A DNA stretch of 64,000 bases from the NCBI GenBank assembly GCA_963575745.1, contig CAUYUJ010000077.1, positions 1-64,000 of the forward strand. The letters run 5' to 3'. Position 1 is the first letter of the stretch; each line of letters opens with the position of its first letter. Shown here piece by piece: positions 49,358 to 59,506 of the stretch. The stretch comes from Prorocentrum cordatum (lineage: Eukaryota). Both the position numbers and the translations under genes were made by a program. Below the pieces are notes generated by a model. That model was given only the letters and a program-made list of their open reading frames with translations. It did not search any database and had not been told where the DNA came from.

Positions 49358-50840
49358 TTTGGGAGGTCGCGAAGGCCTTGCCCTTCCCAGTGAAGTCGTA
49401 TTCGCAGGGCACCTGGTCTGCGTTGTATCTCTGACCCCAGCCGAAGAAGCCCATGTCCCCGTCGAACTCGTTGGCGGCGCCCCACTCGGCGGGCAGAGGA
49501 CTGCGCGCGCGATGCCGGAGGCCGCGGATCCACTCTTGCATCACCGCGGCCTCCTGCTCTGGCACCAGTCGGCGGCGATTCTTGATCTTGCGCCACCGGA
49601 ATCCAGCCCCTTTCATGAACGTTGTGCAGAAGCGCTTCGTGGGCCCCCACACCTTCCTCGTCTTCCGCACGATCGGGAAGCCCACGTAACCGTCGCGGCC
49701 CTCGTCGATGCGGCCTCGGATCACCGCGTAGATAGCCCGCGCCTCATGGTACGCCACGTTCGCCGTCAGCTTCCGATTCCCCCTTCGAATCTTGATGAGC
49801 CGATTCCTCAGACACTTCGTGAAGATGCGCATCGGCTTCGTCCGCCACTCCTGCGACCTCTCCGCTCTCGCCGTCCTGCCAGCGGCGTGCTCCTGCGCCG
49901 CGCGCCTCTCCAGCGCGGCCAGCTGCGCCGGCTTCTTCCACTTGAAGAGCGTCGTGTAGGGAACGGGGGTCCCAGACGCCCTGTCGCGATCGTCCTTGTA
50001 CGGCATCCCCGCGGCCAGGGCGCCGTTGTGCAAATCCAAGAATGTCAAGCACTGCTGAGCAGAGTACCGCTTCCGCGTCTCCGCGCCGCTGGTCAATTTC
50101 TCCCGCAGCCCGCTCTTGAGCACCTTCTTCTTGACGCGGAGCGCCTCGTCGGGATTCTCCTGGCCGCCCGCGTGCTCCGCCCCCTCGAGCCCGCCCTCTG
50201 GCTCCCGATCCTCCTCGGCCGCGTCCCAGGGCGCGGCCTCCAGCTCCTCCTCGGGCGCCTCCGCGCCCTCCAGCAGCAGCGCGTCTATCACGTCCCCGGG
50301 CCCCTCCAAGCGGGCACCCGCCCCTGGGGCGCCCTCGCCTCCGAGAAGGCCTGGGCGTTTCGGGCACTTGCCGTGATGCGAAGAGATCCCCTGGCTCGTC
50401 TTGGCGCGAAATTCGCAACCGGGATGCCCGCAGAAGAACGGGAACAAGGCATCCGTCGTCTTCGGGCCAGGGGCGAGCTCTCGACCGCCCGCGAACCACC
50501 TGGCACCGTGCGCGAAGAGCGTGCTCTGCTTCTTGCGCATCTTCTGCGGGGTCTCGGGGCCGTCGTCCTGAACGTCCTCGACGGCCTCCTCGGTGTCGGT
50601 TTGCCTATCTAGTGTCCTGCTCCCTCGAGGTGTGTGGTCCCCAGTTTGCACGACGGCGACCTCGGCGGGCCTCTTGACCTGGACGCCGAGACAGGCGCCA
50701 ACCAGCGTCGGGGCGCTGCTTCCCTCTCCTGGGCATGCCGCGCGCGGGCCGCCACAGGTGAGCCAGTGCTGGCAACTCAAAGACTGGGGAAACCAGTCGT
50801 GGCACTTCGGGCACTTATGGAAACCAGGGAAGTCTGACAT
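49358..50840 (-). CDS. pogo-like transposase N-terminal half: two C2HC-type zinc-finger motifs, bipartite HTH region and first catalytic Asp
   Basis: Zinc-finger motifs CPKC-x11-HWLTC and CGHPGC-x12-HHGKC. RKRYSAQQ..VPYTTLFKWKK looks like the first HTH, and RKLTANVAYHEARAIY..PTKRFCTTFMKGAGF like a Tc5/CENP-B HTH. YNADQVP carries D1. Confidence 0.8.
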
Positions 50841-50850
50841 CCCCGCTGTG

Positions 50851-50871
50851 CTTGAGCCAGGATGACTACGA
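50851..50871 (-). other. Relict dinoflagellate spliced leader (DinoSL)
   Basis: The minus strand reads TCGTAGTCATCCTGGCTCAAG against DinoSL CCGTAGCCATTTTGGCTCAAG: 17/21 identical, ungapped, ending 10 nt before the ATG at 50840. Confidence 0.8.
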
Positions 50872-50879
50872 TGACCACC

Positions 50880-52340
50880 GGGGGTTGTGCTGGGGGTTGT
50901 GCTGAGGGGTGGTGCTCAGGTGTGCTGAGGGGTTCTGCTGAGGGGTTGTGCTGGGGGGGTGTGCGGAGGGGTTCTGCTGAAGGGTTGTGCTGGGGGTTTG
51001 TGCTGGGGGGTTTGTTGCTGGGGGTTTGTGCTGAGGGGTTGTGCTGGGGAGTTGTGCTGAGGGGTGTGCTGAGGGGTTGTGCGAGGGGTTTTGCTGGGGT
51101 TGTGCTGGGGGGTTTTTTGCTGGGGGGTTGTGCTGGGAGGGGTGCTGGGGGATTGTGTTGGGGGATTGTGCTGGGGGGGGTACTGGGGGGTTATGTTGGG
51201 GGTTGTGCTGGGGAGTTGTGCTGGGGGGTTGTGCTGGGGTACTGTGCAGGGGGGGTTACGCCAAGAGGTTGTGCTGGGAGGTTTTTCGGGGGGGGTGCTG
51301 GGGTGTTGTGCTGGGGGTTGTGCTGCGGGGTTGTGCTGGGAGGTCGCGATAGAGGGGTCGTGCTGAGGGGTTGTGCTGGAAGGTTGTGCTGGGGCATGTG
51401 CTGGGGGTTGTGCTGGGGTGGTCGTGCTGGGGGGTTGTGCTGGGGGTTGTGCTGGGGGGTTGTGCTTGGGGGTTGTGCTGGGGGGTTGTGCAAGGGGGCG
51501 TTCTGACGGGGAGGGGGCTGGGGGTTGTGCTAGGGGTTGTGCTGGGGTTGTGCTGGGCGGTTGTACTGGGAGGTTGTGCCGGGGAGGGTTGTGCTGGGGG
51601 GTTGTGCTGGGGGGTTCCGCTGGGGGGGTTGTGCTGGAGGTTTGTGCTGGGGAGTTGTGCTGGGGGTTTGTGCTCGGGTGTTATCCTGGGGTTGTGCTAG
51701 GGGGTTGCGCTGGGGGCTGTGCCATAGTCGTCCAAAACTCGGATAGCGGGACAGTCCACAGCGCGTGAAACGCCTGTGGGAGACGCTTGTAAGGATGCTG
51801 GAAAGGGCATTTGAGAAGCTTGCAAGCTCGAGAAATGGAGCTTCGCAAAAGCCCAGCAAGACCTTCGAAGGAGCTTCGGAAAGGCTTCCCAGAAACGTTG
51901 TGAACACGGGAAACCGACTTCGGGACACGCTGCAAACCCCAAGCACAACGCCCCAGCACAACCCCCCCAGCACAACTCCCCAGCACAACCCCTCAACACA
52001 ACCCATCAGCACAACCCCTCAGCACGCACAACTGGTCAGCACAACCAGCCAACACAACCGGACAGCACAACCGGCCAGCACGAACCCCCAGCACAACCCC
52101 CCAAGCATAACCCCCAGCACAACTCCCCTGAGTACCGCTCCATCACAAATCCCCAGCACAACCCCCCAGCACAAAACCCCCAGCACACACCACCAGCACA
52201 ACATTCAGCACAACCCCCCAGCACAACTCCCCAGCACAACCCCCAGTGCGCACCCCCCGCACGAACCCCCAGTACAAACCCTCAGCACAACTGCCCTGCA
52301 CAACCCCCTTGCACAACCACCAGCACGACCACCAGCACAA
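50880..52340. repeat. Same satellite: G-rich arm (50880-51722), ~215 bp unique spacer, C-rich arm (51938-52340)
   Basis: Inverted arrays seen directly. Confidence 0.95.
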
Positions 52341-52982
52341 CGTCATCGCAGTGACAATTTCTTAAATCAGTTTTTCGAACATCATTCACGCGATGACCGC
52401 AGGACATGGCACAAAACAAAGAGTTTTAGACATATGATTATGTAGGCCCGCGAGGCTGAAGCCGGGCATGCTGTCATAGTTTTTTGAAACCAGTGCCGCT
52501 GCAGCGCTGTCCACATGACCGTGCTTCCGTTTCGCTTGATCGTGGGCCGCCTTTGTACGATGCACACTGAAACTTTGAAACCGCTAGGTTTGGATTCCAA
52601 CTGCACCTCTGGCAGCAGTCTCTCGTCCGACAGAACGACGACCTCGCCCAAGCGCGGGCCACCAGAGTACGAAAGGCCCCCGCTCGTTGATTGCACAGTC
52701 AACGATGAGTCAAATGCTGCTGCGGCCACCACAACGACGACATACGACGACGGAAGACGGACGACAGACGGCGACAGCCGACGGACGACATATCACCGAC
52801 GACAGACGCAGATGCCGACGAAGGACGCAGATGGACGACGGTCCGACAGATGCAGACAGGCGACGGACGACCGACGACCGCCGACAGGCGCCGACACCGC
52901 CGGCCAACGGACAACGGACGACAGACGACGACGCGACGACGACGACGACGTCCTCGGGGGCGCGGGTGGGCTCCTCCAGCAC

Positions 52983-53039
52983 CTGGAGGGCGCACGCCGT
53001 CACGCTGATGATGCCCCGCGACGAGCCGGGGATGTCCTC
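52983..53039 (-). CDS. Putative micro-exon (EDIPGSSRGIISVTACALQ)
   Basis: Acceptor gcgag|GAG, donor CAG|GT; 57 bp, phase 0/0, GC3-biased. Confidence 0.5.
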
Positions 53040-53870
53040 CTCGCGCCGCTCGGATCGCCCCGCCGCTTTCCCGAGACGCCCGGGGGCTCGACGCAATCAA
53101 GAGGACCCCTCCGCCCGATGACCCAAACATCCCGCGGAGTGTGCTCTCGTCACCTCGGCTTCTGGCCGGCGTCATTCGGGCCCGGGGCCCACCAAGCCTG
53201 CAGCCAGGACGAAACACTACCCCCAGGAAAGGAGGTCGAGACCTGGGGCCGCAGATAAAAAACACCTTCAGGGTTATGTTGCTCCCATCGTACTTAAGGA
53301 CCACATCCCAGAAATAATGTCGAGCACCCCGAAAAGTATCGAAAAACGGTGTCGAGCGAGTGTCGCCTTCCAAGGCACGACGCGTGAAAGCCCCAAAGTT
53401 CCGGTCCTCTCTTGGTGCTCGAACTTCTTCGTGGTGCGCAAGGCCTAAAAAGCAGGTTGGGGCAACGTAGCCTTAGGGGCCGAGGCCGACTTCGAGAGAC
53501 CCTCCGCGAGAGCGGCTCGGGAAAGGAGAGACACACCGTCGGTGGAAGGTGGTCGATCGGGGGCGCGCTGGCCCGACCTCTCTGGCCTCATGCCTCCTCG
53601 CTCCTCCTGCTCTTGCCCTGGCCCGGAGGAATGACTACCTGCCAGACCACCCCAACCCAACTCGAAGACCCGAATTTTGGGTTGGGGGGTATGGGCTCCA
53701 TATATGTGTTGTCGATGTTCCCGGACCCCCCCCACTGGAAATGAAAGCCAAATTGAGGCCTTCGGGTTGGGTTGGGGTAGTTTGGTGCGTGGTGAAGGAA
53801 GCACGGGCCAACGAGCAACCATTGGTCGGAAGAGGTAAGTGGAAGCACGAAGTAGGAGGGCGTTGAAAAT

Positions 53871-54513
53871 CCGCCGACCCGGTCGGCGTGTGGGAGAGGC
53901 TTCCCCGTCGTCCCCACAGCGTCGTCGCCTCTACTGCTTTCCGAGAGCTCCCCACACAAATGCACACTAATTTTGAACAGCGTCGTCCTTCAGTCGAAGG
54001 GAAGACCCTTCCCTTGATCCCTTCCCCGCCAGGGGGGGGTCCCGGGGCAACTCCTGGGGGGGATCCCCCCTCGCTCCGGGGGGGAGTCCCCCCTCGGGTA
54101 CGCAGCCCCCGGGCTCTCGTCCTCCTGCGTCCTGGGGCTCCGTTGGCCCTCCGGGGCCGCCTGCGGGCCCTTTCAGCATATCTTAAGGCTCCTTTGAGAC
54201 CTTTCGCCATTTTTAGACTCTCTTGGCAGCCTCTGGCGGCACTCTTGACAGGCTCTGCGGGCGCTTTTAGACCTCGCTTGACGCCGTCTTGGAACCCTCT
54301 CGGGCCACTTGAGGGCGCTCTTTGCCGATCTTGGCACTCTCTGGAGCCGTTCCCGAACCCTGGAGGAGGCTTCTTGAGCTGTCTGCGGACGACCTTGCAG
54401 GCATCTGGCGCCGTCTTCGAGCCATCTGAGGATATCTTGGACTCCTCTACCTCCATTGTCTTCGTCGTCGCTGCCTACAGGGTCGGCGGCATCGGCCGTA
54501 AGGCCTTCGCAAT
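53871..54513 (+). mobile_element. Second Helentron/HINE-like element
   Basis: AAT-CCGCCGACCC start with adjacent palindrome cgccgacc-c-ggtcggcg, subterminal GGGTCGGCGG (54480-89), 3' hairpin GGCC-GTAA-GGCC, and an AAT end. Confidence 0.7.
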
Positions 54514-54818
54514 AGATTGGCTTCCGTCCGCCCCCTTGGGGAGGACGGAGAAGGTGAAGCCGCTCTTTCACTGAAATAGGAAAGCGCTTTACGTGGATAC
54601 GAATACGGGAATCCGAAAATACCTGCTTTCAACGACCGACGGGTATCGGCGCACGGACTGATGTACAGTGGCGGCCCGACCACAAAACACCTTCCGCACC
54701 AAACCCAACCCTGAGGTTCCAGGACGCCCACGGATTGCTGGTGCGGGAGCGTCGCGCCCTCACAGCAGAACCATCGAAACCCAAAGAGAAGCCCAGGGCA
54801 CCTTGGAGGCGAGCATTA

Positions 54819-54972
54819 CGTCGGGCCTGTCCCCCTACAGGCCGATGTTGGACGAAAAAATAAAAAAAATACTCAAAAATACGTTTAACATGCACAAACA
54901 TAGTCCAACATTAGTCCCCTGACTTTTTTTCCTATGTTTGAAGATTCCCCCTGTAGAGGGGCAGGCCCGACT
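54819..54972. mobile_element. MITE family A (154 bp, TA-flanked), inserted in a family E repeat
   Basis: TIRs GTCGGGCCTGTCCCCCTACAGG / CCTGTAGAGGGGCAGGCCCGAC; TA at 54817-18 and 54973-74. Confidence 0.85.
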
Positions 54973-56119
54973 TAAGGCGAGCGGGGTGCTCCTTGCCGTG
55001 GGCCTCCACCCGCACTCGGCACGCGCACTGCTGTCATGCCGCGTCCGATCGCCCCGCGAGCCTCGAGGGAAGGGGCACCGAGCGCCGAGGCCGAGCCCGA
55101 CCGACCTGCTCCCAGCCTCCCTGCTGGCTCCCTCCTCCCCCCCTCCCTGGCCCTTCCCTCCTCCTCCTCCTCCACCTCCTCCTCCTCCACTTCATCCTCC
55201 TCTCCCTCCTCCCTCCAGCCTCCTTCCTCCTACCCTTCCCTCCTCCCTCCTTCCTGGCCTCTTCCCTCCTCCTCTTCCTCCTCTGCCGCCTCCTCCTCCT
55301 GCGCCTTCTCCTGCTCCTCCTCTTCCAGCTCCTCCTCCCTCCTGCCTTCTTTGTCCCATCCCTCCTTTGTCCCGTTCTCTTATGAACAACTCCTGCCTGC
55401 CGCACCCCCAGAGGTGTGGGTATGGCGGGCCGGGCACTTCGCCTGAGACTTCCTCATCATTGATGATACTGAAGCTTGAAGCTTGGAACAATTTCACGGA
55501 CGGGGGCGGTTCGTCTTCAAACTGTGGCTCCCGATTTAGCCCAACGCACACTCGTCCTTACCAATTGCAGCAAGTTCAAGAATGGTGGGCGGGCCGTTTT
55601 CAAGCTGTGGCTCTCGCCATATATTCGCGCACAGTCGTCGTAAAATTTGCATCGGTGGAGGGCGGTTCTTTTTAAACATGCGACAGTCGCTCTAGCGCCG
55701 CAGACATTTGCTTCAAAATGTTTGCAACAGTCTCAAGGGTTGTATGGCTAAAGTCTCACGATTTAGGATTATCAGGGCGCAACTGTGAATTGATTGGCGG
55801 TGGTGAAGTCTAAGGAGTGGTTTTGGCACGATTGAGAACTCTCAGGACGCAGAACTCACGTTGCCTCGCGGCGCTGGAGCTCCAGGAATTGCGTCAAGCG
55901 CGGTTGGGGATTCTCAGACTGTTGTCTTCCAAAGGGGGCACTTCCCGCACTGAACAGAAATACATGTAGGGGGTCATAAAGAGCGAACATGCTGGGAGGG
56001 TGTATTGCAACATGATTTATTCGTCTTGGATTCACACTGGTCCACCTCCTCCTCACCTTCCTCCTGCTCCTCCCTCCCCCTCTATCCCTCTTCCACCGCT
56101 TTCCGCCGTCCTCCCTCCA

Positions 56120-56238
56120 CCCTCCCTCCTCCTCCTCCTCCTCCTCCTCCTCCTCCTCCTCATCATCATCATCATCATCATCAGCAGCAGCATCAGCAGC
56201 ATCAGCAGCAGCAGCATCAGCATCAGCATCAGCATCAT

Positions 56239-56285
<47 letters not shown>

Positions 56286-56429
56286 GCATCATCATCAGCA
56301 TGATCAGCATCATCAGCATCATCATCATCATCATCCTCATCATCCCCATCATCCTCATCATCCTCATCATCCTCATCATCATCATCATCTGCAGCATCAT
56401 CCTCCTCCTCCTCATCATCATCATCATCA

Positions 56430-56470
<41 letters not shown>

Positions 56471-56499
56471 CCTCCTCCTCCTCCTCCTCCTCCTCCTCC

Positions 56500-56554
<55 letters not shown>

Positions 56555-56555
56555 C
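56120..56555. repeat. (CCT)/(CAT)/(CAG) compound microsatellite
   Basis: Seen directly. Confidence 0.95.
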
Positions 56556-57539
56556 TTGTCCTCCTCCTGTCTCGTCCACCACCTCCTCCTTCCTGACTCC
56601 CTCGTCCCTTCTCGTCCGCATCCTCCTCCTCCCTCCCTCCCTCCCTCCCTCCCTCCATCACACCGTCATACCCTCATACCTCCCCTCCCTCTCATTGACA
56701 AGGAGCATGAGGAGGAGGATGAGAGGGGAAAGTAGGAGCAGGAGCTACGGGCGATTGGTCCACGAAGGCAGCAGTCGTCGACCCTCCTCCTCTCCCTCCT
56801 CCTCCTCCCCCTTACTGCGTCTGGTAGTGCAAGCGGACGCTCTGCAGGCTCCGAGGTGCGTGGGTGGTACGGTGCGCCACCCGCCGAGCGCCGGAGAGAG
56901 CGACGTGGAGCGCACCACGTGAGGCACCGCGGCGAGCGACTATAGCCTCCCTCCCTCCTCGCCTCCTCTCCCGTGCCACGAAGGACGGGGGTCCCGCGCC
57001 CAGACCTCGAACGGACTGGGAAAAGTCGGTTCGCGCAGGTTGCGTCCTCTAAGAGAGCCCTCGTCAGGCCTCAGGGCGGTCAAAACATAGTTCAGAATGA
57101 GAAGCTGGCCCCTCGGAAAGGGTCGGGACCTCCGGGACAGAACAGGGCCCGGAAAGGGCCGCCTTCCCCAAGGACCAAGGACTCGCCCGAGTCGTTTCTT
57201 TGACGGACCTGGGGCCCGCGAAGGGCCACAGGGGGCCCGAAAGGGACACAAAATCCTACAGGATCCATCTCTCTCTCAGGCCCACTGCAGTGTCCTTCAT
57301 GACGATCTGGCCGCCGAGATCAGAGATCGACCCTCAGGCCGTCCTGGGGCGCGTCCTGGCCAGAGGGCAGATCCCGCCGTGGCGACGTGGAACCTCCCAC
57401 GGGCTTCCCAAGAAGGGCCGAGGCGTCCAACAGGCTCGAACCTCGGACCTCGACGGCAGGGCGCCTCCCCCAGGCGGACCCTGCCTCCGTCAGGGCACAG
57501 CAGGGTCACCCGGTGGGCCCCCCCCGCCCCAGCGTGGTC

Positions 57540-57581
57540 CTGCGACCACTTCGCCGCGCGCAGGAGGAACATGATGCTGCC
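57540..57581 (-). CDS. Putative micro-exon (GSIMFLLRAAKWSQ)
   Basis: Acceptor ccgcag|GGC, donor CAG|GA; 42 bp, phase 0/0. Confidence 0.55.
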
Positions 57582-59333
57582 CTGCGGGGGCGGGCGCGGG
57601 AGGAGGGCGGCCCCCCTGGGCGCGGGCACTACGTACCTCCTGCTGGCCGTCCAGCGCCCAGCAATGACTTCAGGGAGTTCGTGGTCCTCAAGGGGAGAGG
57701 GGCGTGCATGTGGGTGTGTTGCTTTATCCTTCCTCTCTCGTCTTCGCTTCCCTTGCCGTGCTTCCTCCTCCCTCCCCGTTTATCCTCCCTCCTCTTGCAT
57801 GCCGCCACCTCGTTGTCCTCTGCTTTGTGAGGGCGGGTCCCCCGCTCTGTGAGTGGATCTTCACGCGCGACCTGGTCTTCGACCGCTAAGAATTTGACCG
57901 TGACAGCGCCACGAAGGCTGAACACAACCATCGAGAGATCCAGCACGACTAGGTCCGCGACAGATGGCACTTCAACCGCTTACAATCTGAAAAATTGCGG
58001 GATGGTACCAAGGAGAACGTCAACACGACTGGTCGAACATTACTCGGGGGTCGATGTCAATCATCAGACTTGCAGCCAGCGCGACCCTGCCTGAGACCAC
58101 CGGGAGCTCAACAAAAAACCGAACTTGACCACTTCGACCACAGTCACCGGCCGTTCCAACACGACGCGGTCGCCATCTACTGGGAGGTCACTCCTTAGCG
58201 GAGGCCAGTCCACAAGAACCTGTCCACAAGAAGCCCAACCTTCAGACCCCAAGACGTCCATGGATTCTTGGTGTGGGAACGTCACGATGTCCATAAAGAA
58301 ACCATCGAAACCCAAGAAACCCAGGGCACCCTGGAGGCAAGCAGGGTGTTTCTTGGCATGGGCTGCTGCTGCTGCCCTCTCGGGCCTCTGTGTGGATTGT
58401 CCCTCCCCTGCAGTCGGGGATGGCCAGAAGAGCACCCCTCAAGAACACGAGACCCTCCGTCGGCAAACACAATCTGAACATCCAAGGTTACCCTCCCCAG
58501 GATTAACATGAGCATCCAACAAGCACGAAGAACACTACGGTACCCTCCCGAACCGACCTCGATCTGATGCCTCGGTCCGACTGTATCTCCCCTCATTCCT
58601 TGATTCGGCGGCGAGCCAGGGGGAAGTGAGAAGGAGAAGGATTTCGCAGAAGACTCCGAAGGCCCCTGGAGTTTTGACAAGTTTTCGAAGCCTGCCCAGA
58701 AAACACCGAAAACTTCTCAGAAGGCGCGAGGGCTTCTGAGAAGCCCCGCCGCCTTCTGAGAAGGCCTTCTCCCTCTCACTTCCCCCCCTCGCTCGCCGCC
58801 GAACATCAGCACCAAGGAGAAGAACGACTTCGTGGTCGAGAGCCAAGAAGCCCGCTGGTTTCGCCGCCTAGCCCGACGCCCGAATGGCGTTCGACCTCAG
58901 CGTGGCGATCGCCCAGGTGATACAGCGGAGACCAGTCCACAAGAAACCTTCCATCAGAAAACCCAACCCTGAGGCCCCAAGACGTCCATGGATTCTTGGT
59001 GTGGGAACGTCGCGCTCTCCACAGCAAAGCCATCGACACCCAAGAAACCATCCTGGAGGCAAGCAGGGTGTTTCTTGGCATGGGCCTCAACTGTACATGG
59101 CAGTGGAAGTTACAGCACGTCGGTATGCCAATGCTGCTGCGAGCAGCAGCGCGAAAGCCACCGGCACGACGGGAACCAGCAGCACCACGGCGACGGGGAG
59201 CCCGAACAGAATCGTGATCAGTACGGTTGGGACCAGCAGTACTCCGGTGAGCCGTACGCGCGCGCGTGCAGCACGTGTGTCCCGAGATCTCGCCTTCAGA
59301 ATGACCCCAAGCAGCCCGAAGGAGGCCAAAATA

Positions 59334-59506
59334 CACTCGACCAGGATAGTAAGGATGCGCGGTAAGGATGCAAAGGCCTTGGAACGCCATGTTGACATTT
59401 TCCGTGCGGAGCGCAGCAGAATGCAGAAGAATGCCCAATACCGAAGGGGCAAGGATGCAGGGGTAGCCTTGGAAAGTTGCCCCATCCTTACTATCATGAT
59501 TGACTG
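59334..59506. mobile_element. MITE family B, diverged copy (173 bp)
   Basis: TA-CACTCGA..ATAGTAAGGATG ... CATCCTTACTAT..TTGACTG-TA. Confidence 0.75.

Noticed and set aside
55400..55990. Possible LINE 3' remnant on the minus strand (RETLAIQPLRLLQTF*SKCLRR)
   Set aside because: The resemblance is short and interrupted by stops, too weak to call without a search.
57850..58198. Possible gene fragment (..ELDHFDHSHRPFQHDAVAIYW)
   Set aside because: There are in-frame stops upstream and no family I can recognise.
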